This document shows positions 1-8,644 of a stretch of DNA of 64,000 bases, in pieces. This stretch comes from Candidatus Omnitrophota bacterium (lineage in GTDB: Bacteria; Omnitrophota; Gorgyraeia; 2-01-FULL-45-10). The position numbers and the translations under genes are program-made. The stretch's first letter is position 1; every line of letters begins with the position of its first letter. A model generated the notes under the pieces. It did no database searches. It was not told the origin of the DNA and was given only the letters and a program-made list of their open reading frames with translations. The DNA is taken from NCBI GenBank assembly GCA_041650805.1, contig JBAZKM010000006.1, positions 17,837 through 81,836 of the forward strand, given 5' to 3'.

Positions 1-2
1 CC

Positions 3-497
3 GTCTCGGCTATGAAGCTCCCCATGGTCATACTGGCGGCGCTATGCGTCGTCTTCGGTATATTCGCGTTCAGCGTGCCGCTTTCGATCCTTATATTGCC
101 TGCCATAGGAGCCCGGGTCTCATACGAAGGGCTCTGGAGCCCCGCCATTGCGACGGCGCTTGTAGGCATAGGAGTATTCGCGGGCTTTCTCATTTACCGT
201 CTTTCCGGCAGAAAGTCGTTCCGTACGGTCTCAACGTTCGTGGGCGGGACAGACCAGGAAGATCTCGGCAGGATATCGGGTACGGAATTCTACGATACCA
301 TCAGGGACCTGAAAGGGCTCGGTGCGATATACAGGAAAGAGGAAGCGAAGACATTCGATATATACGAAATGGGCAGGAAGGCGGTGGGCATATTTACGCG
401 TATGGGGCAATATGCCCACAACGGGGTACTGCCGACATATATGGTGTGGTGCCTGCTGGGCATGGTGGGCATGTTCCTGGTACTCTTTTTAAGGTAG
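3..497 (+). CDS. 5'-partial membrane protein. Most likely the C-terminal part of an MrpA/NuoL-family antiporter subunit. The reading frame is open to the window edge.
   Basis: Frame is open upstream of the Met at 12. Hydrophobic TM segments. Sits at the head of an Mrp B-C-D-E-F-G gene series. Confidence 0.4.
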   Translation, partial: VSAMKLPMVILAALCVVFGIFAFSVPLSILILPAIGARVSYEGLWSPAIATALVGIGVFAGFLIYRLSGRKSFRTVSTFVGGTDQEDLGRISGTEFYDTIRDLKGLGAIYRKEEAKTFDIYEMGRKAVGIFTRMGQYAHNGVLPTYMVWCLLGMVGMFLVLFLR

Positions 498-504
498 GAT
501 AAAG

Positions 505-1044
505 ATGATAGAGATAAATTTTATACTCTTCTTCATGATCGTAGCCGCCATAGTAGCGGTCGAGGTGAAGGACCTGCTGTCGGGCGTCATCGCCGTAGGC
601 GCCGTAGGCATAGGGCTTTCCATGGCGTTCCTGGTCCTGAAGGCGCCGGACCTGGCCGTAATGCAGCTCGTGGTCGAGATACTCTGCCTTATCATATTGA
701 TACGGGCAACGGTGCGGAAAGACCTCCCGTTCAGCACCTCCGGAAGATGGTTCTTCAATACGCTCTCCACGCTATGCTTTCTGGCCGTATTCCTGGCGCT
801 AGCCTACCTTTCCATAAAAGAGATGCCGCCATTCGGCGAACCCGAGATGAGGGTGGGGAAGATGTATATTGCCGAGGCGCAGGCAAGGACAGGCGCGCTG
901 AACGTGGTGTCGGCCATAGCTTCCAATTTCCGGGTGTACGATACGCTCGGCGAGGTGGCGATAATATTTACGGCAGTCGTAGGAGTGCTCGCGATCGCGC
1001 GCAGCGTAGCTCACAGGAAGGAAGGGTCTCATGATGGGGCGTGA
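505..1044 (+). CDS. Mrp/Mnh antiporter membrane subunit with a DUF4040/MnhB-like domain (MbhD/MrpA-C-terminal-like)
   Basis: Polytopic membrane protein. C-terminal motif NVVSAIASNFRVYDTLGEVAIIFTA is typical of the MnhB domain. Stop overlaps the next gene. Confidence 0.55.
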   Translation: MIEINFILFFMIVAAIVAVEVKDLLSGVIAVGAVGIGLSMAFLVLKAPDLAVMQLVVEILCLIILIRATVRKDLPFSTSGRWFFNTLSTLCFLAVFLALAYLSIKEMPPFGEPEMRVGKMYIAEAQARTGALNVVSAIASNFRVYDTLGEVAIIFTAVVGVLAIARSVAHRKEGSHDGA

Positions 1045-1483
1045 CAGGGAGCCCGGGATGACGGTGATCGTCAAGACGATAACGCGCCTGACGCTGGGGT
1101 TCATCCTGCTTTACGGCATATATATATCGCTTAACGGGCATAACGCCCCGGGAGGCGGCTTCGCGGGCGGGGTCATCGTCGCGCTCTCTTTCGTCCATGT
1201 GATGCTCGCCTTCGGCAAGAAGGTCGCGCTGAAGCGCCTCCATTCATATGTGATGCGCGGGGCGATAAGCCTGGGCGCGCTCGCATTTCTCTATACGGTC
1301 ATGGTCAGCTTCGGCGGCGGATGCGTACCGCTTAACCTTTTATTCGGACAATTTAAGTCGTGCCCGGTCTTCAACAGCGAGGTGACCGTCCCGTTATGCG
1401 AAATGGTCGTTGTAGGCGCGGGGCTCTTCGCCCTGTTTACGGCGCTTGTTCTTCTGTCGAAAACCGATAAGGATTCGGAGTGA
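1031..1483 (+). CDS. mrpB: Na+/H+ antiporter subunit B (MrpB/MnhB domain protein)
   Basis: Signature GHNAPGGGFAGGVIVALSF (GxxxPGGGFxGG) of MrpB/MbhE. Four TM helices. Overlapping start and stop with neighbours. Confidence 0.7.
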   Translation: MMGRDREPGMTVIVKTITRLTLGFILLYGIYISLNGHNAPGGGFAGGVIVALSFVHVMLAFGKKVALKRLHSYVMRGAISLGALAFLYTVMVSFGGGCVPLNLLFGQFKSCPVFNSEVTVPLCEMVVVGAGLFALFTALVLLSKTDKDSE

Positions 1484-1487
1484 TCCT

Positions 1488-1826
1488 ATGACCGCGTATA
1501 TATTATGCCTCGTGCTCTTCTCGGTGGGGTTATACTGTGTCCTCAGGAAGAGGAACCTGATCAAGATAATAATCGGGATAGGTATCATGGAGTACGCGGT
1601 AAACCTCTTCCTGGTCCTGGTCGGTTATTCCTGGAGAGGGCGTTCCCCGATATTTGACCGCGCCCAGGTGATAGACAAGATGGTAGACCCGCTTCCGCAG
1701 GCCCTTGCCCTGACATCCATAGTAATAGGTCTTTCGGTAACGCTTCTCCTGGTGGCGCTCGCCATCCGGATATATGAAAAGTACGGGACATTTGATATAA
1801 CAAAGATAGACAGGCTTAAAGGATGA
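1488..1826 (+). CDS. mrpC: Na+/H+ antiporter subunit C (MrpC / NuoK-like)
   Basis: About 112 aa with three TM helices, matching the NuoK/MnhC pattern. GGAG RBS lies 8 nt upstream of ATG 1488; the ORF-track start at 1446 is probably too early. Confidence 0.65.
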   Translation: MTAYILCLVLFSVGLYCVLRKRNLIKIIIGIGIMEYAVNLFLVLVGYSWRGRSPIFDRAQVIDKMVDPLPQALALTSIVIGLSVTLLLVALAIRIYEKYGTFDITKIDRLKG

Positions 1827-3331
1827 ACTGCCCTAATACAGCATTATTGCCGTTCCTTGTCGCTATCCCGCTCGGGGCGGCGTTTATCATCACGTTCGCA
1901 GGAAAGAGGATAAAGGGAGCCGGCGAGGCAATGGCGACGGCCGCCGCATTCGCCGGACTGCTCATATCTATCAAGATGCTCTTTGCCCCAGGCGCCGGGG
2001 CATCCGCCATAGTATGTAAAGTGGGAAGCTGGGCGCAGCCGCTCGGTATATCCCTCGTAGCGGACGGCCTCTCGGTCTTCATGCTGGTCACGGTGAACCT
2101 GGTCGCCTTTATAGTATCGGTCTATTCGATAGATTACATGGGGCGGTATACGGACAGCTGGAAGTTCTTCGCGCTCTTTTCGATCATGCTCGCCGGCATA
2201 AACGGTGTCCTGGTAGCGGGCGATATATTCAACCTTTATCTATTCCTGGAGATGGCGGCCATATCCGGATATTTCCTCGTGGCTTTCGGGATAGACAGCG
2301 ACGGGCTTGAGGCATCCTTCAAGTACGCCGTCATGGGTTCCGTGGCGTCCTCATTCATACTGATGGGCATAGCTTTCCTTTATAGCTACACATCCACGCT
2401 TAATATGGCCGATATGGCCGGCGTGCTGGCGGTCAAGGGGGGAGGCAGGGTGGTGGATTTTGTGGCTGTACTCTTCCTTATGGGTTTCGGCCTGAAAGGG
2501 GCGCTCGTCCCGTTCCATTCATGGCTTCCGTATGCCCATTCGTCGGCGCCTGCGCCAGTGTCGGCGATGCTCTCGGGCGTTTCCATAAAGGTGCTCGGCA
2601 TATACGCCATCATGAGGATATTCTTCAACGTCTTCTCCATGCCGCCGGGGATATCCGCGATACTTATTACGCTTGCGGTAATGTCGATGGTCGTCGCGAG
2701 CATACTTGCCTTCGGCCAGACCGATATCAAGAGATTGTTCGCATATTCCAGCATCAGCCAGGTAGGTTATATAGCTCTCGGGCTGGGGGTGGCAACGCCG
2801 TTATCCGTCGCGGCCGCGCTGTTCCACCTCTTCAACCACAGTGTATTCAAATCGCTCCTCTTCCTGAATTCCGGTTCGGTGGAACGGGTGACCGGGACAA
2901 GGGACCTCTCAAAGATGTCCGGCATAATATCCGCTTCGCCGGTGGTCGGCTACACCAACCTGGCCGGCTCCCTGTCAATATGCGGCATGCCCCCTCTGGG
3001 AGGTTTCTGGAGCAAACTCCTTATCATACTGGCATGCATCCAGGCGCGCCACCCCATTTTAGCGCTGACAGCGGCGCTTGTGAGCATACTGACATTGGGC
3101 TACTATTTCATCGCGATGACGCCGGCGTTATTCGGCGTGGATCGCGGACCCGCCGCTAAGAAGATATCCTGGTCAACCGCCTGTGCGCTGATAGTGCTTT
3201 CTATAATAACCGTTGCAAGCGGGCTTATCCTCTTACCGGGCGCAGGCCGTTTGGTGATCACGAATACGGCCGCCGTGCTGACTTCCGGAGGGTCCGGATA
3301 CGTAAATGCCATTGCGGGGGCGCTGAAATGA
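1823..3331 (+). CDS. mrpD: Na+/H+ antiporter subunit D (MrpD / NuoN/NuoM-like proton-pumping subunit)
   Basis: 502-aa polytopic protein with NuoN/MnhD-like conserved blocks (WLPxAHSxAPxPVSA, FHLxxHxxFKSLLFL). Start overlaps the mrpC stop (ATGA). Confidence 0.8.
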   Translation: MNCPNTALLPFLVAIPLGAAFIITFAGKRIKGAGEAMATAAAFAGLLISIKMLFAPGAGASAIVCKVGSWAQPLGISLVADGLSVFMLVTVNLVAFIVSVYSIDYMGRYTDSWKFFALFSIMLAGINGVLVAGDIFNLYLFLEMAAISGYFLVAFGIDSDGLEASFKYAVMGSVASSFILMGIAFLYSYTSTLNMADMAGVLAVKGGGRVVDFVAVLFLMGFGLKGALVPFHSWLPYAHSSAPAPVSAMLSGVSIKVLGIYAIMRIFFNVFSMPPGISAILITLAVMSMVVASILAFGQTDIKRLFAYSSISQVGYIALGLGVATPLSVAAALFHLFNHSVFKSLLFLNSGSVERVTGTRDLSKMSGIISASPVVGYTNLAGSLSICGMPPLGGFWSKLLIILACIQARHPILALTAALVSILTLGYYFIAMTPALFGVDRGPAAKKISWSTACALIVLSIITVASGLILLPGAGRLVITNTAAVLTSGGSGYVNAIAGALK

Positions 3332-3825
3332 CCGCAAAGATCGTCCTTTTCATGCTCTGGCTGTTCGTATGGCTCTTCCTGTCATGGCCGCCCGACACTT
3401 CGCAGATAGTGACGGGGATACTCGTATCGCTCTTTGTGACTTTAATGACAGGGGACCTCTTTACACGGCGCGCCCGCGTATCCCGGGGCGCGGGACGGTA
3501 CCTGTGGTTTTTGTACTACGTCGCGGTATTCCTTACCGAGTGCGTCAAGGCCAATATCGATGTCGCATGGCGGGTGATACATCCCGACGTGCCGATAAGG
3601 CCGGGCACCCTGAGGGTCAAATTGGACCTGAAATCGGATACGGGCATCACATTCCTGGCCAATTCGCTTACCCTGACTCCCGGCACCACCAGCGTCGACA
3701 TAGACAGGTCCGGCGGCATTCTCTATATCCACTGTATCTCCATAAAAGAGTCGGCCGACGGTTCATATGCCAAGATGGCTGTGGTAAAGAAGTTTGAGGA
3801 TATTTTGAGGAGGATATTCGAGTGA
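3328..3825 (+). CDS. mrpE: Na+/H+ antiporter subunit E (MrpE)
   Basis: 165 aa with two N-terminal TM helices plus a soluble domain. Positioned after mrpD. Stop overlaps the next start. Confidence 0.6.
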   Translation: MTAKIVLFMLWLFVWLFLSWPPDTSQIVTGILVSLFVTLMTGDLFTRRARVSRGAGRYLWFLYYVAVFLTECVKANIDVAWRVIHPDVPIRPGTLRVKLDLKSDTGITFLANSLTLTPGTTSVDIDRSGGILYIHCISIKESADGSYAKMAVVKKFEDILRRIFE

Positions 3826-4187
3826 AGAACAGGCGCATCAGGTGGTTTGCGGGCGCGGCAGCGACGCTCATATTGCTGGGCGCGATACTCTTATCTCCTC
3901 TTCCCTCGATCCTAAAATGGCAGTCGGAGTTTTTGAGCCGCTCTCTGATGTGGCTGATCCTCTCCGCGTGCCTCTGCCTGTGGCGCATACTGCGCGGGCC
4001 GACCGCGCCTGACAGGGCGGTCGCCGTGGACATGCTCGGCATACTCATAGTCGGGTTCTGCGCCCTGCTGAGCATACCGACCGGAAGGGACTGGTATATC
4101 GATATAGGTATCGCGTGGGCGCTTCAGAGCTTTATCGGTATTATGGCGCTGGCTAAATATCTGGAAGGGAAAGATTTCGATGAATGA
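3822..4187 (+). CDS. mrpF: Na+/H+ antiporter subunit F (MrpF)
   Basis: About 120 aa with three TM helices. Position and size fit MrpF. Confidence 0.55.
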   Translation: MKNRRIRWFAGAAATLILLGAILLSPLPSILKWQSEFLSRSLMWLILSACLCLWRILRGPTAPDRAVAVDMLGILIVGFCALLSIPTGRDWYIDIGIAWALQSFIGIMALAKYLEGKDFDE

Positions 4188-4509
4188 GACGATCGGAAGC
4201 ATATTGATAGTCATAGGACTGGCATTCGATTTTCTGGGATGCCTGGGGCTGATCCGTTTCCCGGATGTCTATAACCGCCTCCAGGCGTCGGCGAAATGCG
4301 TTACGCTCGGCACGTGCGGCATACTGTTCGGGCTCTTCCTCTTTCAGGGGTTTACGGCGACGGGCATAAAGGCGCTCTTATGCCTGGCCTTCATACTGCT
4401 GACGGCGCCGGTATCCGCCCATGCGCTCGCCAGGGGCGCCTATCTCTCCGGCGTGAAGCCGTGGGAGGGGACCGTCGTAGATCAATACGGCGAAGACCTG
4501 AAAAAATAA
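4180..4509 (+). CDS. mrpG: Na+/H+ antiporter subunit G (MrpG)
   Basis: 109 aa with three TM helices. Motif LIRFPDVYNRLQASAK resembles MnhG. Last gene of the series. Confidence 0.6.
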   Translation: MNETIGSILIVIGLAFDFLGCLGLIRFPDVYNRLQASAKCVTLGTCGILFGLFLFQGFTATGIKALLCLAFILLTAPVSAHALARGAYLSGVKPWEGTVVDQYGEDLKK

Positions 4510-4518
4510 GAGGCAGAC

Positions 4519-5118
4519 ATGGATATGAACGGGATGAAAGAAGAGGTCGCAAAGATGGCCGGCACGGTATATTCGATGCTCGGTCTTATAGAGAAGGGTT
4601 TTATGGAGAATAAGCCGGAACCGCTCGCTGCCGCAATGAAGGAAGAGAAGGCGATAAATGGCATGGAGAAGGAGTTGACAGGCAATATCCTCGTCCTTTC
4701 GAAGGCATCGGGCAAATGCAGGGGGGAACTGGCGGTGCTGGCGGGCGTCATCGAGATGCTTGAGAGGATGGGGGACGAAGCGTTGAACCTGGTAGAGCGC
4801 ATAGAGATAAAGGTCGAAGAGCGGCTCCTCTTCAGCGACCTGGGCGTCGCGCAGTTCAATGAGACGTACGACGCCATGAAGCGCTCGGTAGAGATGATGG
4901 TCGAATTCCTGAAGTCGCGGAAGCCGGCGCTTAAAGAACGGGTCATCGATAACGGTTTCCATGTCAAGGACCTAGTTGAGCGTTACCGCAGGGAGCACAT
5001 GGACCGCTTCGTTAAAGGGTTGTGCACACCGATGTCGGCGAACATGTATTTCGACATGCTCGATTTCACGGGAAATCTCGCCAGGCATTCTTCGAATATA
5101 GTCAAACTTTTTGAATAA
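4519..5118 (+). CDS. PhoU/DUF47-like helical repeat protein
   Basis: Soluble, helical, charged-residue repeats reminiscent of the PhoU domain. Weak assignment. Confidence 0.35.
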   Translation: MDMNGMKEEVAKMAGTVYSMLGLIEKGFMENKPEPLAAAMKEEKAINGMEKELTGNILVLSKASGKCRGELAVLAGVIEMLERMGDEALNLVERIEIKVEERLLFSDLGVAQFNETYDAMKRSVEMMVEFLKSRKPALKERVIDNGFHVKDLVERYRREHMDRFVKGLCTPMSANMYFDMLDFTGNLARHSSNIVKLFE

Positions 5119-5740
5119 AATGCGATATCCGAAACTGAGAGAATTGAAAGAAGCGATAACGGCCCTGATATCCGGGCCTTATACTACGAAGTTCCCGCGC
5201 AAACCCCACATACCGGCGAAGAGGTTCAGGGGTAAGCCGGAATATTCGAATGACGGATGCATCGCCTGCGGCGCCTGTTCGCTGGTATGCCCGGCGAGGG
5301 CGATCGAGGCGAGGGATACCGTGACCAGGACGAAGGCCGTGCGGAAGATGATATTGCACCTGGACGAATGCCACTATTGCGGGCAATGCAGCGCCCTCTG
5401 TACCACAAAGGAAGATACCCCGCCGGGTATAAGGCATACCACGGAATTCGACCTTGCCGGTTTTGACAGGGCGACCATGGTCTCCCAGACGGACGAGAAA
5501 GAGCTTGCGCTATGCGAGGTCTGCGGCGATGCGATAACCGCGAAGGCACATCTAGAATGGCTCGCAAAGCGCCTGGGGCCGCTCGCCTTTTCCAACCCCA
5601 ACCTCTTCCTCTCGTCTATGAAGAGCATGAACTTTGCCGGAGACGTATCGAGGATCGCCAAAGAGGATCTCGTCCGGAGCGACCGGATAAAGGTGATCTG
5701 TGCGAAGTGCAGAAGAAGAGCGACGCTTGAAAAATTTTAA
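5111..5740 (+). CDS. 4Fe-4S dicluster ferredoxin-domain protein (NuoI/HycF/MbhN-like) with a C-terminal Cys-rich extension
   Basis: Two CxxCxxCxxxCP-type motifs (CIACGACSLVCP; CHYCGQCSALC). Additional CxxC...CxxC pair at the C-terminus. Confidence 0.65.
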   Translation: MNKMRYPKLRELKEAITALISGPYTTKFPRKPHIPAKRFRGKPEYSNDGCIACGACSLVCPARAIEARDTVTRTKAVRKMILHLDECHYCGQCSALCTTKEDTPPGIRHTTEFDLAGFDRATMVSQTDEKELALCEVCGDAITAKAHLEWLAKRLGPLAFSNPNLFLSSMKSMNFAGDVSRIAKEDLVRSDRIKVICAKCRRRATLEKF

Positions 5741-6224
5741 AGTCCTCTCCTCGCCCGAATTGAGATCGACCCTGAAAGACAGGATAAAAGGAAGGCCCGC
5801 CATAGTAGGGATAGGTAATATAATGCGCGGCGACGACGGCCTCGGGCCGCGCCTGGTGGAGCTCCTTAAGGCGCGGGCGGTCAATGCGCGCCTCTTCGAT
5901 TGCGGCACCGCGCCGGAAAATTATATCTTTCCTATACTATCTACGGATTGTAATACGATCATACTGGTCGACGCGGCCGATTTCAGCGAAAGGGCCGGCG
6001 ACATCAATATCTTTGACCTGGAAGAGATATCAAAAGTGAGCTTCTCGACGCATAATCCTTCTCCCCGTCTCCTGACGGATCTCCTGAGGACTGGAAGGGA
6101 CAATCTTGACATATTTGTCATCTCCGTACAGCCTAAGACGACAACTCTCGGGGAGGGTATAAGCCGGGAGGTCAATGACGGCCTGGATCTCCTGGCAGAC
6201 ATATTCCAGGAGATACTCAAATAG
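5700..6224 (+). CDS. hycI: Hydrogenase maturation protease (HycI/HyaD family)
   Basis: Motif VGIGNIMRGDDGLGPRLVELL, plus ILVDAADF (metal-binding Asp). True start may be the internal TTG near 5759, since ATG 5700 overlaps the ferredoxin by 40 nt. Confidence 0.7.
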   Translation: MRSAEEERRLKNFKVLSSPELRSTLKDRIKGRPAIVGIGNIMRGDDGLGPRLVELLKARAVNARLFDCGTAPENYIFPILSTDCNTIILVDAADFSERAGDINIFDLEEISKVSFSTHNPSPRLLTDLLRTGRDNLDIFVISVQPKTTTLGEGISREVNDGLDLLADIFQEILK

Positions 6225-6263
6225 CTGTCAGCTTTCAGCTTTTTAAATAATAAGACCATCGAA

Positions 6264-7724
6264 ATGAATAAGAGACGCTTCCAGCCGATCATAGAAGATA
6301 TAAAAGATCCTGCCCCGCCGGAAACTCTCTTTGCCGGAATAAAAAATAATCCGTACAGCTTCTTTCTCGACAGCTCATCCGACAGCGGGAAACTGGGGCG
6401 CTTCTCATTTTTCGGGTGTGACCCGTTCCTCATCTTCAGCAGTAAAGGCACTGCCATAACTTTGGAACGGACAGGGATAGGCCGGGAACATTTCAGCGCC
6501 GACCCGTTCATGGCGTTAAGAGATATCCTGAAAAGGTACGAAACGGCCGGGGCGGACGGCCTCCCGTTCACGTCCGGCGGCGTCGGATATTTTGCGTATG
6601 ATATGAAGGAATTTGTCGAGCGCTTACCGGCGAGCTCAGTCGACGACCTCGGCATACCCGACTGCATGATCGGTTTTTATGACAGGGTGGTGATATACGA
6701 TAACCTTGAGGGCAGATGCCGCATAGCGTCTTCCGGGCTGCCGGAGACGGACCAGTCCAGGCGTAACAGGCGTGCCGTAGGCCGGATAAAAGAATTTAAA
6801 GACATTATTGACACGGATGAACACGGATCAAAAACGGATATGCGCGGATCAAGTTACGGGCGCGGCCATCATTCTCCTTTACTGAAGTCGAACTTCTCTT
6901 TCGGATCTTATATCGAGGCGATAAGGAGGGCGAAGGAGTATATAAAGAAGGGCGATATCTACCAGGTGAACCTGTCGCAAAGGTTCGAGGCGGGGCTTGA
7001 TCACGATCCGTTCGAGCTTTATTCGCGGCTCAGGAGAGTAAGCCCGGCCCCCTTTTCCGCATACCTCGGCTTCGGCGGGGTCACTGTGGCGAGCTCATCG
7101 CCGGAGAGGTTCCTGATGAAACGGGGCGGCTATATAGAGACGAGGCCGATAAAGGGGACCCGCCCGCGCGGTGATGACACCGCGGAAGACGCGCGGCTGG
7201 AAGGCGAACTGCTTGCGAGCGCCAAGGACCGCGCAGAGCATGTTATGATCGTGGACCTGGAGCGGAATGACCTGGGTAGGATATGCGAATACGGCTCGAT
7301 AAGGCCGACCGAGTTCGTTATCCTGGAGAAGTACGCCACGGTATCCCATCTTGTATCGACGGTCAGCGGAAGACTGAGGGACGGTATCGACCCGATCGAT
7401 TGCCTCCTGGCAACGTTCCCCGGCGGTTCCATAACCGGCGCGCCCAAGATACGGTCCATGGAGATAATAGATGAGCTCGAACCGGTGAGGCGTTCGGTCT
7501 ATACCGGCTCGATAGGTTACATATCATTCGACGGGAATATGGATACATCGATAGCCATACGGACCTTTCTCATCAAGGGCGATAAGGCCTACTTCCAGGT
7601 AGGCGGCGGGATAGTCGCCGATTCCGACCCGGAGAGCGAATACCTCGAGACGCTCGACAAGGCGAAGGGGATGTTCCGGGCCCTCGGGGTCGCCATGCCT
7701 AAACGGGAGCATCTATGCGTATGA
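6264..7724 (+). CDS. pabB: Aminodeoxychorismate synthase component I (chorismate-binding enzyme, PabB/TrpE family)
   Basis: Chorismate-binding domain motifs (GDIYQVNLSQRF, SSSPERFL, TRPIKGT, VDLERNDL, GGGIVADSDPESEY). PabB is preferred because pabC is adjacent. Confidence 0.8.
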   Translation: MNKRRFQPIIEDIKDPAPPETLFAGIKNNPYSFFLDSSSDSGKLGRFSFFGCDPFLIFSSKGTAITLERTGIGREHFSADPFMALRDILKRYETAGADGLPFTSGGVGYFAYDMKEFVERLPASSVDDLGIPDCMIGFYDRVVIYDNLEGRCRIASSGLPETDQSRRNRRAVGRIKEFKDIIDTDEHGSKTDMRGSSYGRGHHSPLLKSNFSFGSYIEAIRRAKEYIKKGDIYQVNLSQRFEAGLDHDPFELYSRLRRVSPAPFSAYLGFGGVTVASSSPERFLMKRGGYIETRPIKGTRPRGDDTAEDARLEGELLASAKDRAEHVMIVDLERNDLGRICEYGSIRPTEFVILEKYATVSHLVSTVSGRLRDGIDPIDCLLATFPGGSITGAPKIRSMEIIDELEPVRRSVYTGSIGYISFDGNMDTSIAIRTFLIKGDKAYFQVGGGIVADSDPESEYLETLDKAKGMFRALGVAMPKREHLCV

Positions 7725-8590
7725 AGAACGGGATGGTCTGGATGAACGGCCGGTTCGTCGATATCGATAAGGCAAAGGTCCCGATATCCGACAGGGGTTT
7801 CTTATACGGCGACGGGGTCTTCGAGACGATGCGCTCATACGCGGGCGTCATATTCCGGCTCGACCGGCATCTGGACAGGTTATTCGGGGCATTCCGCGTC
7901 ATGAAGATGGACCCGCCGTACGCCAAAAAATATCTCCGCGGCATAGCTTACAGGGTGCTGAAGGCGAACAACCTGAAGAGCGCATATATACGCATGGCGG
8001 TGACCAGGGGGGAAGGCCGGTTCGGCATAGGATACAGGGACATCTTCACGCCCAACACGGTCGTCGTAGCAAAAGAGTTCGAAGAGTACCCGCGCTGGAT
8101 GCACAAAAGAGGCATAAGCGCGAAGGTGGTCGATCTCAGGCAGAACGAGCTCTCCCCGCTATCCGGCATAAAGTCGCTCAACTTCATGCCCTACATACTC
8201 GCGCGCCTACACGCAAAGGAAGAGGGTTTCGACGAAGCTATCCTGGCAAATACAAAAGGGCATATCGCCGAGGCGGCGACGAGCAATATCTTCATTGTCA
8301 GAGGATACTGCCTCATAACGCCTTCCCTCGAAAGCGGGATACTCCCGGGCATAACCCGCGGCGCAGTGATCGAGATAGCGAAACGGCTTAAGATGCGCGT
8401 CATAGAGAAGCCCGTGACGAGGGGCGAGCTCCTTGGCGCCGACGAGGTCTTTCTCACAAATTCGCTCGCCGAGGTCCTGCCCGTCCGTGCCGTCGATTCG
8501 AAGCGGATAGGGAAGGGCGCCCCCGGCGACGTCACCCGCCTCCTCCGCATCGCTTACCAGAAGCAGGTCATCGCAGAGACGGTGCTGTAG
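7715..8590 (+). CDS. pabC: Aminodeoxychorismate lyase / class IV (branched-chain/D-amino acid) aminotransferase
   Basis: Fold-type IV PLP enzyme motifs (GDGVFET, MAVTRGEG, EVFLTNS). Overlaps the pabB stop. Confidence 0.7.
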   Translation: MRMKNGMVWMNGRFVDIDKAKVPISDRGFLYGDGVFETMRSYAGVIFRLDRHLDRLFGAFRVMKMDPPYAKKYLRGIAYRVLKANNLKSAYIRMAVTRGEGRFGIGYRDIFTPNTVVVAKEFEEYPRWMHKRGISAKVVDLRQNELSPLSGIKSLNFMPYILARLHAKEEGFDEAILANTKGHIAEAATSNIFIVRGYCLITPSLESGILPGITRGAVIEIAKRLKMRVIEKPVTRGELLGADEVFLTNSLAEVLPVRAVDSKRIGKGAPGDVTRLLRIAYQKQVIAETVL

Positions 8591-8644
8591 AATTACGCCG
8601 GTCCTCCACGTCAATGTCAAATTTCCGATTCCAGATTTGATATT

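Noticed and set aside
2521-3159. Multiple overlapping alternative-frame ORFs within the Mrp operon (e.g. 2521-3159 +, 3369-3797 +, 4378-4962 -, 5921-6667 -)
   Set aside because: Arg/Pro/Gly-rich translations are typical of off-frame reading of GC-rich coding DNA. Each is fully contained in a convincing membrane-protein or enzyme CDS.
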